From Duncaniella sp. (GTDB lineage: Bacteria > Bacteroidota > Bacteroidia > Bacteroidales > Muribaculaceae), in the NCBI GenBank assembly GCA_029056055.1, contig JAIDCC010000095.1, forward strand, positions 3,747-67,746: a stretch of DNA of 64,000 bases, written 5' to 3'. Positions 37,450 to 49,129 of the stretch are shown in pieces. Every line of letters begins with the position of its first letter. Position 1 is the stretch's first letter. The notes under the pieces were generated by a model. The model was not told the DNA's origin, did not search any database, and was given only the letters and a program-made list of their open reading frames with translations. Both the position numbers and the translations under genes were made by a program.

Positions 37450-39200
37450 TCCAAAGAGAATGTACGGCGGATGGCGCGGCGTATAGCCGTGGCTGTCTCG
37501 CCGTTTTCTTTGAGTATGTCGAGGATTGCGCGGACGTAGGCGTCTTTGTCGTCGTGGCGCAGGCCACATTCGCGGGCAACGTGGCTTTCGGAAAGCATGG
37601 ATTTGCGATTGTAGACGCGGAGAATCGAGGCATAGTCGTCGGCAGCGGCGTAACCGTTGAATTCGGCGCAATAGCTCTCATACATGCCGCGGGGATTGAG
37701 CATTTCAGAGAGCGACTCAATGTGGTGTTCGAGGCCATCGATGTTGCTGAACCGTCCGTCGATGCGGTGTTCGACAAGGCGCTTCATGCGGTGGCGGGTA
37801 TGCTGGAGAGCCTGCGAGGCAATGTCGGCTGTGAAAAGTTTGACAATAGTGCGCTTGACTTTTGAAAAAGCAGTCTGCGGATTGCGACCGAAATGAGCGG
37901 CGACAGCCTTGATGACATCCTCGACCATGAAGATGTTTTCGATTTCGGCCACTTCGGGCACCATGATGTTTTTGTTACGCAGATAGCCCACTTCGCCATG
38001 GTCGCGGCGGTCGCGGTCGACGATGCCCCATGCGGCGAGGTTGTGGAACGAGCGGAGCGCATTGAAGGTGCGGGTAGACTCTATGACACGGTCGCACCCG
38101 CCGAGCGAACTGACTGTGAAATCGTCGAAAATCAGCGGATAGAGTTTGGCGTCGAGCGAATGGATGCCGTCGCCTTCGATGAAGAGCACAGGTTTGCGCG
38201 CTCCGAGAATGGCAAGGTAGGCTTCCTCGCTGAGACCTTCGGGGGTGGGCAGGAGTTCGTAGTCCCACTCCTGCGTGGCAGGGTTGCAGTCTTTCACCCA
38301 GATTGTGGCCGAGTTGCCGCGCGAAGTGGCAAACTGGAGGTCGTGGGTGGTGTAGACAAACGTGCAGTCGCGTCGCGCCAGCTCGATTTTGTCCCAGAGG
38401 GCGCGAGTGGACGACGGGTGGAGAAACATCGTGGGAGAGTCGACAAATATCACCGAATTGCGCGGAGCGAGCGCCGTGGCTCCTAGATAGTAGAGCACAG
38501 CCTTCTCGCCGTCAGACAGCTTGGCCGAATGGTAACGGTCGGGGCCGGAGAGCGCCTCCTCGTCGGCGGGACGGCTGAAAAGGAGCCGACCGTTTTCTAC
38601 GAGCACCCGATTGTCGGGGAAAATCTCGCGCCAGCGCCGCAGAGTGCGGTCAAGGTTGGTGGGGCGCTTCGAATCGGATTTCGAGGGGTCTTCGGAATAC
38701 TTGGTGTCGAGCAACCGGAGCATTTCCTCGCCGAGAAGGAGAGCCATCATGCGCTCAAACTCGCCTTTGAGGTCGGGGCGCAACAGAGGGAGGCGGCTGA
38801 CGGCGGCGTGGTAGGCCGCGTCGACCGACGTAGGGCTGGTGTCTTCCTTATCGGTGGCGTAGAGAGCTTTAAGCGCCGACACGCGAAAAGCGCGCAGTCC
38901 GAGCGACTCGGCCATGCGTCGGGCGAAACGAGTCTTACCGGCACCATTGGCACCGATAATCACAATCTGCCTATTGTGAGCGAGGTCAATTTTCAAAGGA
39001 GCCTCACCATCAAGGCGCGGAGGCAGGAGCAAGAGACTTTCTTTCGGCATGGCAGGCTTCGGTTTTGGCGATGAGTTGTGGACAGGGGTATCCTTGGCAG
39101 GCTCAACTACGGGAGCCGGGTCGACATGCCGACGACGGCGCGCATGGTGGCGCGACTCCGACTCGAACCGGTTGCGGGATACATGCTTAGACATTCCCAA
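37443..39200 (-). CDS. Fusion protein: ABC-type ATPase + DUF4435/Toprim-like domain (OLD/PARIS-like)
   Basis: Walker A IIGANGAGKTRF, signature-like LSDGEKAVL, Walker B VIFVDSPTMFLHP, H-loop YTTHD. This is followed by FIEGDGIHSLDAKLY...GIVDRDRRD...EIENIF (Toprim-type E...DxD). The start is uncertain (39200/39194 with an Arg-rich extension, or MPKESLL at 39050). Confidence 0.7.
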   Translation of the reverse strand: MGMSKHVSRNRFESESRHHARRRRHVDPAPVVEPAKDTPVHNSSPKPKPAMPKESLLLLPPRLDGEAPLKIDLAHNRQIVIIGANGAGKTRFARRMAESLGLRAFRVSALKALYATDKEDTSPTSVDAAYHAAVSRLPLLRPDLKGEFERMMALLLGEEMLRLLDTKYSEDPSKSDSKRPTNLDRTLRRWREIFPDNRVLVENGRLLFSRPADEEALSGPDRYHSAKLSDGEKAVLYYLGATALAPRNSVIFVDSPTMFLHPSSTRALWDKIELARRDCTFVYTTHDLQFATSRGNSATIWVKDCNPATQEWDYELLPTPEGLSEEAYLAILGARKPVLFIEGDGIHSLDAKLYPLIFDDFTVSSLGGCDRVIESTRTFNALRSFHNLAAWGIVDRDRRDHGEVGYLRNKNIMVPEVAEIENIFMVEDVIKAVAAHFGRNPQTAFSKVKRTIVKLFTADIASQALQHTRHRMKRLVEHRIDGRFSNIDGLEHHIESLSEMLNPRGMYESYCAEFNGYAAADDYASILRVYNRKSMLSESHVARECGLRHDDKDAYVRAILDILKENGETATAIRRAIRRTFSLDK

Positions 39201-39720
39201 TCGATTTGAAAAATTGCCAGATGGCTATTCCGGCCGACACGCTGACGTTGAGCGAATGTTTCGTGCCGCACTGGGGAATTTCGAGACATATGTCGCACTG
39301 GTCGACCACCTCCTGGCTCACGCCCTTCACCTCGTGGCCGAGCACGAGAGCGTAGCGGCGCCCGGGTTGCGGAGCAAAATCGCGGAGGTCCTCGCTCCCC
39401 TTGACCTGTTCGAGACAGCAGAGAGTGTAACCTTCGAGCTGGAGGCGGTTGATGGCCGCGAGGGTGTCGGGCTCGTAAACCCATTCGACCGACTCCTCGG
39501 CTCCGAGGGCAGTCTTATGGATTTCGGGCGAAGGGGGCGTCTGCGAAATGCCACACAAGACGATACGTTCTACGGCGAACGCGTCGCAGGTGCGGAAAAT
39601 CGCACCGATGTTATTGAGCGAGCGCACATTGTCGAGCACCACCGTGAGGCGCATTTTCTTCTGCCGGCGGTAGTGGTCGATGTCGGCTCGACCGAGGTCC
39701 CAGATACTTTTCTTTTCCAA
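39187..39720 (-). CDS. SpoU/TrmH-family RNA 2'-O-methyltransferase
   Basis: 177 aa with SpoU motifs: LDNVRSLNNIGAIFRTCDAF, LVLGHEVKGVS, EIPQCGTKHSLNVSVSAGIAIW. Confidence 0.8.
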   Translation of the reverse strand: MEKKSIWDLGRADIDHYRRQKKMRLTVVLDNVRSLNNIGAIFRTCDAFAVERIVLCGISQTPPSPEIHKTALGAEESVEWVYEPDTLAAINRLQLEGYTLCCLEQVKGSEDLRDFAPQPGRRYALVLGHEVKGVSQEVVDQCDICLEIPQCGTKHSLNVSVSAGIAIWQFFKSIGNV

Positions 39721-39728
39721 AGTTAAGT

Positions 39729-42887
<3,159 letters not shown>

Positions 42888-42888
42888 T

Positions 42889-42896
42889 TAACTTTG
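42889..42896 (+). promoter_or_regulatory. -7 promoter box TAACTTTG, upstream of repeat copy 4 and the GH2 gene
   Basis: Exact TAnnTTTG in the extended context TTTTTGCTTAACTTTGCA shared with other promoters here. The next plus-strand ATG with a gene is 43128, so repeat copy 4 would sit in the leader. Confidence 0.45.
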
Positions 42897-42932
42897 CAGT
42901 TGGTCTCCACACAACGGATTTCGCCAATCTCT

Positions 42933-43119
42933 TAAGTAAGTTCTAAAAACAAATCTATATATGTAAGGAAAAATTCTTGAACAGTAAATCTTGTTCTTTT
43001 TGGATGCTTTGAGACTTTCGTTCAGGCGCATAGGGAGACTATGCTTCTTAACTCAAATCTCAAAATCATCTCAAAAACAACTTTCTTTTATCCGTTCATT
43101 GATTTTTCTCACTTACTTA
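42933..43119. repeat. Interspersed nested-palindromic repeat, copy 4 (inverted orientation)
   Basis: The most diverged copy that still has the standard centre. Its central hairpin is GCATAG-GGAGA-CTATGC on the plus strand. It ends 8 nt before the GH2 ATG. Confidence 0.9.
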
Positions 43120-43127
43120 CCACTCAC

Positions 43128-45545
43128 ATGAAACACCATATCGCCATACTAACAGGTCTATGCCTCGCGTCGCTTTCAGCAGGCGCGCAACGCACGACTA
43201 CCACCCTCAACGACGGCTGGACGTTCAGCCGCGGCAATTCAGACACCCGGGAGCAAGTGCGCGTGCCCCACGACTGGGCCATCACCGGTCCGTTCTCACG
43301 CGACAATGACCTTCAGGTGGTGGCCGTGGAGCAGAACGGCGAGACCGAAAAGACAGCCAAGACAGGGCGTACAGGCGGCCTGCCGTTCATAGGCAAGGGC
43401 ACCTACACCACGACATTTGAAGTGGCCGACACGGCGGGGCGCGACATCACGCTGCTCTTTGACGGCGCGATGAGCAACGCCCGCGTGTTTCTCAACGACT
43501 CGCTCGTGGGCTACTGGCCTTACGGCTACAACTCGTTTACGGTCGATACCCGCGGAGTGGTCAGACCCGGCACGAACTCGCTGCGCGTGGAGCTGGAAAA
43601 CTTCGAACGTGCCTCGCGGTGGTATCCCGGCGCCGGGCTTTACCGCAACGTACACGTAATCAACACCTCGCGCGTTCACATTCCCGTGTGGGGCACCTAT
43701 GTGACCACGCCGTCGGTCAGCGCCGAGCGAGCTTCGGTGAGTCTGCAAATCGAAGTGGCCGGAGCTGCCAAAAACGAAAAAATCGAGGTGAGCACGCGCA
43801 TCCTCTCGCCCGACGGCCGCGAAGTGGCGCAGTCGAGCGGACAATACGTGGCCCGCGGCCAGAACTACACACAGAATTTCCTCGTGGAACACCCCGAACT
43901 CTGGAGTCCCGCCAACCCGACTCTCTATCGCGCCGTCACCACCCTCAGCGTCGGCGGCGAGGAGGTAGACAGCTATGTGACGCGCTTCGGAATACGCAGA
44001 CTCGACTACCTGCCGGAACTCGGATTCAGCCTCAACGGCGTACCCACGAAGTTTAAGGGCGTATGCCTCCACCACGACCTCGGCCCTCTGGGGGCAGCGG
44101 TCAACCGCTCGGCCATAGCCCGACAGTTAGAATTGCTCAAAGACATGGGGGCGAACGCCATCCGCACGTCCCACAACATGCCCGCGCCAGAACTCGTGGA
44201 ACTGTGCGATTCGCTCGGCATGATGCTCATGGTAGAACCCTTCGACGACTGGGGACATCGCCCGAAGTCGCCCAACGGCTACGGACGTTTCTTCAACGAA
44301 TGGGCCGAACGCGACATCACCAATATGGTGCGCCACTACCGCAACGCTCCCTCGGTGGTGATGTGGTCGATAGGCAACGAAGTGCCGAGTCAGGGGGCCG
44401 ACGTAGGCATGGCCGAACTGACGATGCTTCAGGACCTCGTGCACCGTCTTGACCCGACGCGCCCCGTGTCCTGCGGAATGGACCGCATCAACACCGTGTT
44501 GCCCAACGGGTTTGCCGCCGCGCTCGACATCCCCGGCTTCAACTACAAACCGCAGCACTATGAAAAAGCCTATGCACAGCTACCGCAGAAAATGATACTC
44601 GGGTCGGAGACAGCCTCGACCGTTTCTTCGCGTGGAGTCTATCATTTTCCGCTCTCGTTTGAGAACGAGCACAGCACCGTCATTACCCCCGACCACCAAT
44701 CGTCGTCGTATGACAATGAGACATGTCCCTGGAGCAATACCCCCGACATTGATTTCCTGATGGACGAAAAGCCGTGGGTGCTGGGCCAATTTGTCTGGAC
44801 CGGCTTCGACTATCTGGGCGAACCGTCGCCCTACGACACCGACGCATGGCCCAACCACTCGTCGCTCTTCGGAATAATCGACCTGGCCTCGCTGCCGAAA
44901 GACAGATATTACCTCTATCGCTCGCAGTGGAACGAGGATGCCCCGACTCTCCACGTGCTGCCCCACTGGAACTGGCCCGGACGCGAGGGCGAGACCACTC
45001 CCGTGATGGTCTACACCTCCTATCCGGCCGCCGAACTCTTTGTCAACGGAGTGAGCCAAGGCAAGCGCGAGAAGAACGATTCAACGCTCCAAAGCCGCTA
45101 TCGTCTTATCTGGCCCGACGTGGTCTATGCCCCCGGCGAACTGAAAGCGGTGGCCTACGATGCGGCAGGGAATGCCGTTGAGGAAACCACGGTGCGCACG
45201 CCCGGCCAGCCTCATCATCTGGTGCTGACACCTTCGCGCACTACTCTCAAGGCCGATGGTGACGAATTGGTCTACATCACGGTCAGTGTGGCCGACAGCG
45301 AGGGCAATCCCGTGGCCACCGACTCGCGCCGCGTGAAATTCGCCGTCAAGGGAGCGGGGGCGTTTGAAGCCACAGCCAACGGCGACCCCACATGCCTCCT
45401 CCCCTTCCAAAACCCCGAAATGGACCTCTTCAGCGGTGCGGCCACGGCCATCGTGCGAAGCGGCAAAGAGCCGGGAACGATGACGTTCACCGCCTCAGCC
45501 AAAGGGGTAAAGCCTGCAACGATAACAATAAATGTAACGGAATAA
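43128..45545 (+). CDS. Glycoside hydrolase family 2 (beta-galactosidase/beta-glucuronidase-like), secreted
   Basis: 805 aa from MKHHIAILTGLCLASLSAGAQ. GH2 blocks NAIRTSHNMPAPELVELCDSLGMMLMVE and WSIGNEV. Confidence 0.85.
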   Translation: MKHHIAILTGLCLASLSAGAQRTTTTLNDGWTFSRGNSDTREQVRVPHDWAITGPFSRDNDLQVVAVEQNGETEKTAKTGRTGGLPFIGKGTYTTTFEVADTAGRDITLLFDGAMSNARVFLNDSLVGYWPYGYNSFTVDTRGVVRPGTNSLRVELENFERASRWYPGAGLYRNVHVINTSRVHIPVWGTYVTTPSVSAERASVSLQIEVAGAAKNEKIEVSTRILSPDGREVAQSSGQYVARGQNYTQNFLVEHPELWSPANPTLYRAVTTLSVGGEEVDSYVTRFGIRRLDYLPELGFSLNGVPTKFKGVCLHHDLGPLGAAVNRSAIARQLELLKDMGANAIRTSHNMPAPELVELCDSLGMMLMVEPFDDWGHRPKSPNGYGRFFNEWAERDITNMVRHYRNAPSVVMWSIGNEVPSQGADVGMAELTMLQDLVHRLDPTRPVSCGMDRINTVLPNGFAAALDIPGFNYKPQHYEKAYAQLPQKMILGSETASTVSSRGVYHFPLSFENEHSTVITPDHQSSSYDNETCPWSNTPDIDFLMDEKPWVLGQFVWTGFDYLGEPSPYDTDAWPNHSSLFGIIDLASLPKDRYYLYRSQWNEDAPTLHVLPHWNWPGREGETTPVMVYTSYPAAELFVNGVSQGKREKNDSTLQSRYRLIWPDVVYAPGELKAVAYDAAGNAVEETTVRTPGQPHHLVLTPSRTTLKADGDELVYITVSVADSEGNPVATDSRRVKFAVKGAGAFEATANGDPTCLLPFQNPEMDLFSGAATAIVRSGKEPGTMTFTASAKGVKPATITINVTE

Positions 45546-46054
45546 TGCGTTTTTCACTCTTTTTGCTCATGCTGTCGGTGGTGGCGGCTATGGCCTCGGC
45601 CCAGACCGTGCGCGGCGACAAATCTATCGGCGTGACAGCCGGCTATGCCTCTCACAACAAATCGGCTTCGGCCGGATTGAGCTTCGACTACGCCTTCTCG
45701 CGCTATGTCGTAGTGGCTCCGTCGGTCGACATCGTGTTTCCCCACCACGGCGCGTCGGCCGGACTCTTCAACTTCGACCTGCGCGTGCCCCTGAGATTTT
45801 CTTCGCCTGCCACGGTGGAGTTTTTTCCAATCGTCGGTGTCAATTTCAATTCATGGAAGTACACCTCGCACGACACTGACCCAATTACGGGCGACACTAC
45901 TTCATGGCGCTCCTCTCATCTGGGACTCAATCTCGGAGCAGGATTGCAGTGGCGCATCAAACCGACGCTGAAGGTCTACTTTCAGGCGCGCTACACCTCA
46001 ACCCCCGACAATCCGAACACCCTCCTGCTTCTGGGCATCTCGCGTGTGTTCTGA
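45545..46054 (+). CDS. Small outer-membrane beta-barrel protein (OmpW/porin-like)
   Basis: 169 aa with a signal peptide (MRFSLFLLMLSVVAAMASAQ), alternating amphipathic strands and a terminal F. The start overlaps the GH2 stop (TAATG). Confidence 0.6.
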   Translation: MRFSLFLLMLSVVAAMASAQTVRGDKSIGVTAGYASHNKSASAGLSFDYAFSRYVVVAPSVDIVFPHHGASAGLFNFDLRVPLRFSSPATVEFFPIVGVNFNSWKYTSHDTDPITGDTTSWRSSHLGLNLGAGLQWRIKPTLKVYFQARYTSTPDNPNTLLLLGISRVF

Positions 46055-46105
46055 TGCCGTCGGAGCAGGAAGGTGTTCCTTGAAAATCAATGTAATTCAA
46101 GAGGG

Positions 46106-47539
46106 TTATTCCTCTTCGGGTACGGCCTCACTCTCTGCCGGGAGTGTGCGCCGCAACATGAGGTAGCCTATCACGCCCGAAAGCAACGAGCCCACCACGA
46201 TGCCGAGTTTGGCGTCGTTGAGCATGGCCAATGACTTGGGTGTGGCGCCGTCGAATGTAAGGTTGGCTATAAAGAGCGAAACCGTAAATCCGATGCCGCC
46301 GAGGAAGGCCACGGAAGCCATCTGCGCCCAGGTGGAGCGGTCGGGCATTGGCGCGAGGTTGAGCTTCACCGTCAGCCATGAGAAGAGCAGGATACCTACC
46401 GACTTGCCGACAACGAGACCGATGATGATGGCGAGCGAGATGCCCGACACTATCGTGAGCGGGTCAACGCCGAGCAGCGAAATTCCGGCGTTGGCGAAGG
46501 CGAAGAGAGGAATAATGAGATAGTTGGTCAACGGATGGAGCGAGTCTTCCATGTCCTGAAGAGGAGAAATGACGCGGTCTGACGCCGATTCGATTTGCTT
46601 GAGGTTGTCCATCTGCTCGTGGGTCAGAATGGTGCGACGTTCGAGGAGTTCGTCGTCTTCCTCATTGAAGCGACGGATGTTGGCGCGTATCACCTTGATG
46701 TAGTGCTTCGGCTCGTAGACAGGCACCGCGGGGACGCAGAACGCCACGAGCACACCGGCAATCGTGGGATGAATGCCCGAATTGAGCACCAGAAACCACA
46801 CCACGATGCCTACGATGGAATAAAACATCTTCGACTGGATTTTGAGCCACGCACCGCCGGCTATGAGCACCAGCAGACCAATGGCCGCGTAGCCCAGATA
46901 GGCAGCCTCGAAATGAGTGGAATAGCAGGTGGCGATGACAATGATGCCGCCGATGTCGTCGACCACGGCGAGAGTAGTCAGAAAAATCTTGAGCGACAGC
47001 GGCACTCTCGACCCGAGGAGCGCAAGGATGCCGAGCGAGAAGGCAATGTCTGTGGCCATAGGGATGGCGGCGCCGTCGGCGTAGGCTGTGCCACGGGCAA
47101 GAAGCATGAAAAGCCCGACAGGTACAATCATGCCGCCAATCGCGGCCATGATGGGGAGGAGCGCTTGACGTATCGACGAGAGTTCGCCCACGAGCACTTC
47201 GCGTTTTATCTCAAGGCCAATCGTAAAGAAGAATATCGCCATGAGCGCGTCGTTGATAAACTGCAGGACGGTCATGGGGTGGCCGGCATGGCTGAAAAGA
47301 TTGAAATTTCCTATCTGCAACCGCATAGGCAGATTCCAGAAGCCATTATAGACCGCCGCCCACGAGGGCACGTTAGCCACGATGAGAGCCAACACCGTGG
47401 CCAGAATCAGCACGTTGCCGCCCGATGCGTGCGAGGCTATGGCCCGGCGGGCTGAGAAAAATATGTGGTGAGCAAAGCCGCCGCGCTCGAAGTCGGGCGG
47501 GTTGAGATTGTTGTGGTGTGAGGAGAATGATGCTGACAT
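46106..47539 (-). CDS. nhaA: Na+/H+ antiporter NhaA
   Basis: 477 aa from MSASFSSH. NhaA-like blocks INDALMAIFFFTIGLEIKRE, AVVDDIGGIIVIA and GGIGFTVSLFI. Confidence 0.85.
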   Translation of the reverse strand: MSASFSSHHNNLNPPDFERGGFAHHIFFSARRAIASHASGGNVLILATVLALIVANVPSWAAVYNGFWNLPMRLQIGNFNLFSHAGHPMTVLQFINDALMAIFFFTIGLEIKREVLVGELSSIRQALLPIMAAIGGMIVPVGLFMLLARGTAYADGAAIPMATDIAFSLGILALLGSRVPLSLKIFLTTLAVVDDIGGIIVIATCYSTHFEAAYLGYAAIGLLVLIAGGAWLKIQSKMFYSIVGIVVWFLVLNSGIHPTIAGVLVAFCVPAVPVYEPKHYIKVIRANIRRFNEEDDELLERRTILTHEQMDNLKQIESASDRVISPLQDMEDSLHPLTNYLIIPLFAFANAGISLLGVDPLTIVSGISLAIIIGLVVGKSVGILLFSWLTVKLNLAPMPDRSTWAQMASVAFLGGIGFTVSLFIANLTFDGATPKSLAMLNDAKLGIVVGSLLSGVIGYLMLRRTLPAESEAVPEEE

Positions 47540-47649
47540 AACGTGAGAATAGGTGAAGTTATGTAATATCTGTTTTAGGTTATAACTATTTTTCACCGCG
47601 AAAAGTTTCCATAAGCCAACAATGATTTTGAAGTATGCGAGAAAATTCG

Positions 47650-47657
47650 TAACTTTG
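47650..47657 (+). promoter_or_regulatory. -7 promoter box TAACTTTG
   Basis: Exact TAnnTTTG, 25 nt upstream of the ATG at 47682. Confidence 0.55.
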
Positions 47658-47681
47658 GACTTTCTCTCGCCACCCCCCGAC

Positions 47682-48548
47682 ATGACAAAGTTAATTCTTA
47701 CAATAATCATAGCCCTCGCGGCCTCGTTTTCAGCCTCGGCCCAACGCCTCAAAGCCATGACCGGCGTAGTCAACGGCAGCTACGATTTCTGGCTCTACAC
47801 CCCCGACGCTTCGAAAGAGGCCGAAGTGGAGCCTAAACCGGTGATAATCTTTCTCCACGGTGCTTCGCTCTGCGGGCGCGACCTCAACAAGGTGAAGCGC
47901 TACGGCACCATCGATGCAATCGAAATGGGGCGCAAGCTCGATGCCTATGTCATCGCTCCCCAGAATCCCGGCGGCGCGTGGAGCCCCGACAAGGTGATGG
48001 CACTTCTCGACTATGTGGCCGACGAACACAACATCGACTACGACCGCGTCTATGTGCTCGGAATGAGCCTCGGCGGCTATGGCACGGTCGACGTGGCCGC
48101 ACGCTATCCCGACCGTATCGCCGCCGCGATAGCGATGTGCGGAGGTGCTTCGGCCAAAGACCTCTCCGGACTCAACGACGTGCCCCTCTGGCTAATCCAC
48201 GGCACAGCCGACCGCGCCGTGAGCATCAAGCAGAGCGACAACGTGGCGGCAGCCATCAGCCGTGTCGACCCTGAGACTCCCCGTCTTGCCTACGACCGCG
48301 TGGCCGGTTGGGGTCACGGCACTCCCGCCCGACTTCTCTATCACCCCGATTTCTACAAATGGCTGTTCAAGCATTCGCTCAAAGACCATGAGCGCCCCAT
48401 CGCTCCGGTGTTTGACGTCGACAATTCTCTGCTCAAGGAAGCCTATCAGGGTCTGACGTTCAAGAAACGCTCGAAATCTTCCTCGGCCAAACGCAAGACC
48501 AAAGCTAAATCTAAAACCCGCCGCAAGAAAACATCAGCCAAGCGATGA
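47682..48548 (+). CDS. Secreted alpha/beta hydrolase (esterase/peptidase S9-like) with Lys/Arg-rich tail
   Basis: Signal peptide, nucleophile elbow GMSLGG, and HG box IIFLHGASL. The C-terminal 30 aa are KKRSKSSSAKRKTKAKSKTRRKKTSAKR. Confidence 0.7.
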   Translation: MTKLILTIIIALAASFSASAQRLKAMTGVVNGSYDFWLYTPDASKEAEVEPKPVIIFLHGASLCGRDLNKVKRYGTIDAIEMGRKLDAYVIAPQNPGGAWSPDKVMALLDYVADEHNIDYDRVYVLGMSLGGYGTVDVAARYPDRIAAAIAMCGGASAKDLSGLNDVPLWLIHGTADRAVSIKQSDNVAAAISRVDPETPRLAYDRVAGWGHGTPARLLYHPDFYKWLFKHSLKDHERPIAPVFDVDNSLLKEAYQGLTFKKRSKSSSAKRKTKAKSKTRRKKTSAKR

Positions 48549-49117
48549 CCGACTACATCCTCAGTCTCGACCAACAGTTCCTACTCTGGGCCAACGGCTC
48601 CCACACTCCGTTGATGGACACGGTGTGGTGGGTCATATCCTACCGCTTCACCTGGATACCGCTCTACTGTGTTTTCGCGTGGATGCTCTTCCGCCGCTTC
48701 ACTGTCAAAAGCGCCGTAGCCATTCTGCTGACAATCGGACTGATGATTACGCTCTGCGACCAAATCAGTTCCCACGTCATCCGCGACGCCGTCTGCCGCC
48801 TGCGTCCGTCAAACCCCGACAATCCGCTCTCGGCCTGCATCACCCTCGTCGATGGCTATCGAAGCGGTCGCTACGGATTTCCGTCAAGCCATGCCGCCAA
48901 CACCATAGGGCTTGCCACGATGCTCTCGCTCGTGATGCGTCGCCGATGGTTTACGGGCGCCATCTTCGTCTGGGCTGTCATAGTCTGCTATTCACGACTT
49001 TACCTCGGGGTCCACTACCCCACCGACCTCCTTGCCGGCGGGTGTCTCGGCGCTGCCATAGCCCTCACCTGCTACATGCTGCTGCTCCGTTTCTATCCCC
49101 CGCAACCACGACGCTAA
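48545..49117 (+). CDS. PAP2-family phosphatase (membrane)
   Basis: PAP2 motifs KxxxxRxRP (CRLRPSNP), PSSH (FPSSHAAN) and SRxxxxxHxxxD (SRLYLGVHYPTD). ATGA overlap with the hydrolase gene. Confidence 0.8.
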   Translation: MTDYILSLDQQFLLWANGSHTPLMDTVWWVISYRFTWIPLYCVFAWMLFRRFTVKSAVAILLTIGLMITLCDQISSHVIRDAVCRLRPSNPDNPLSACITLVDGYRSGRYGFPSSHAANTIGLATMLSLVMRRRWFTGAIFVWAVIVCYSRLYLGVHYPTDLLAGGCLGAAIALTCYMLLLRFYPPQPRR

Positions 49118-49129
49118 CCTTAAGTAAGT

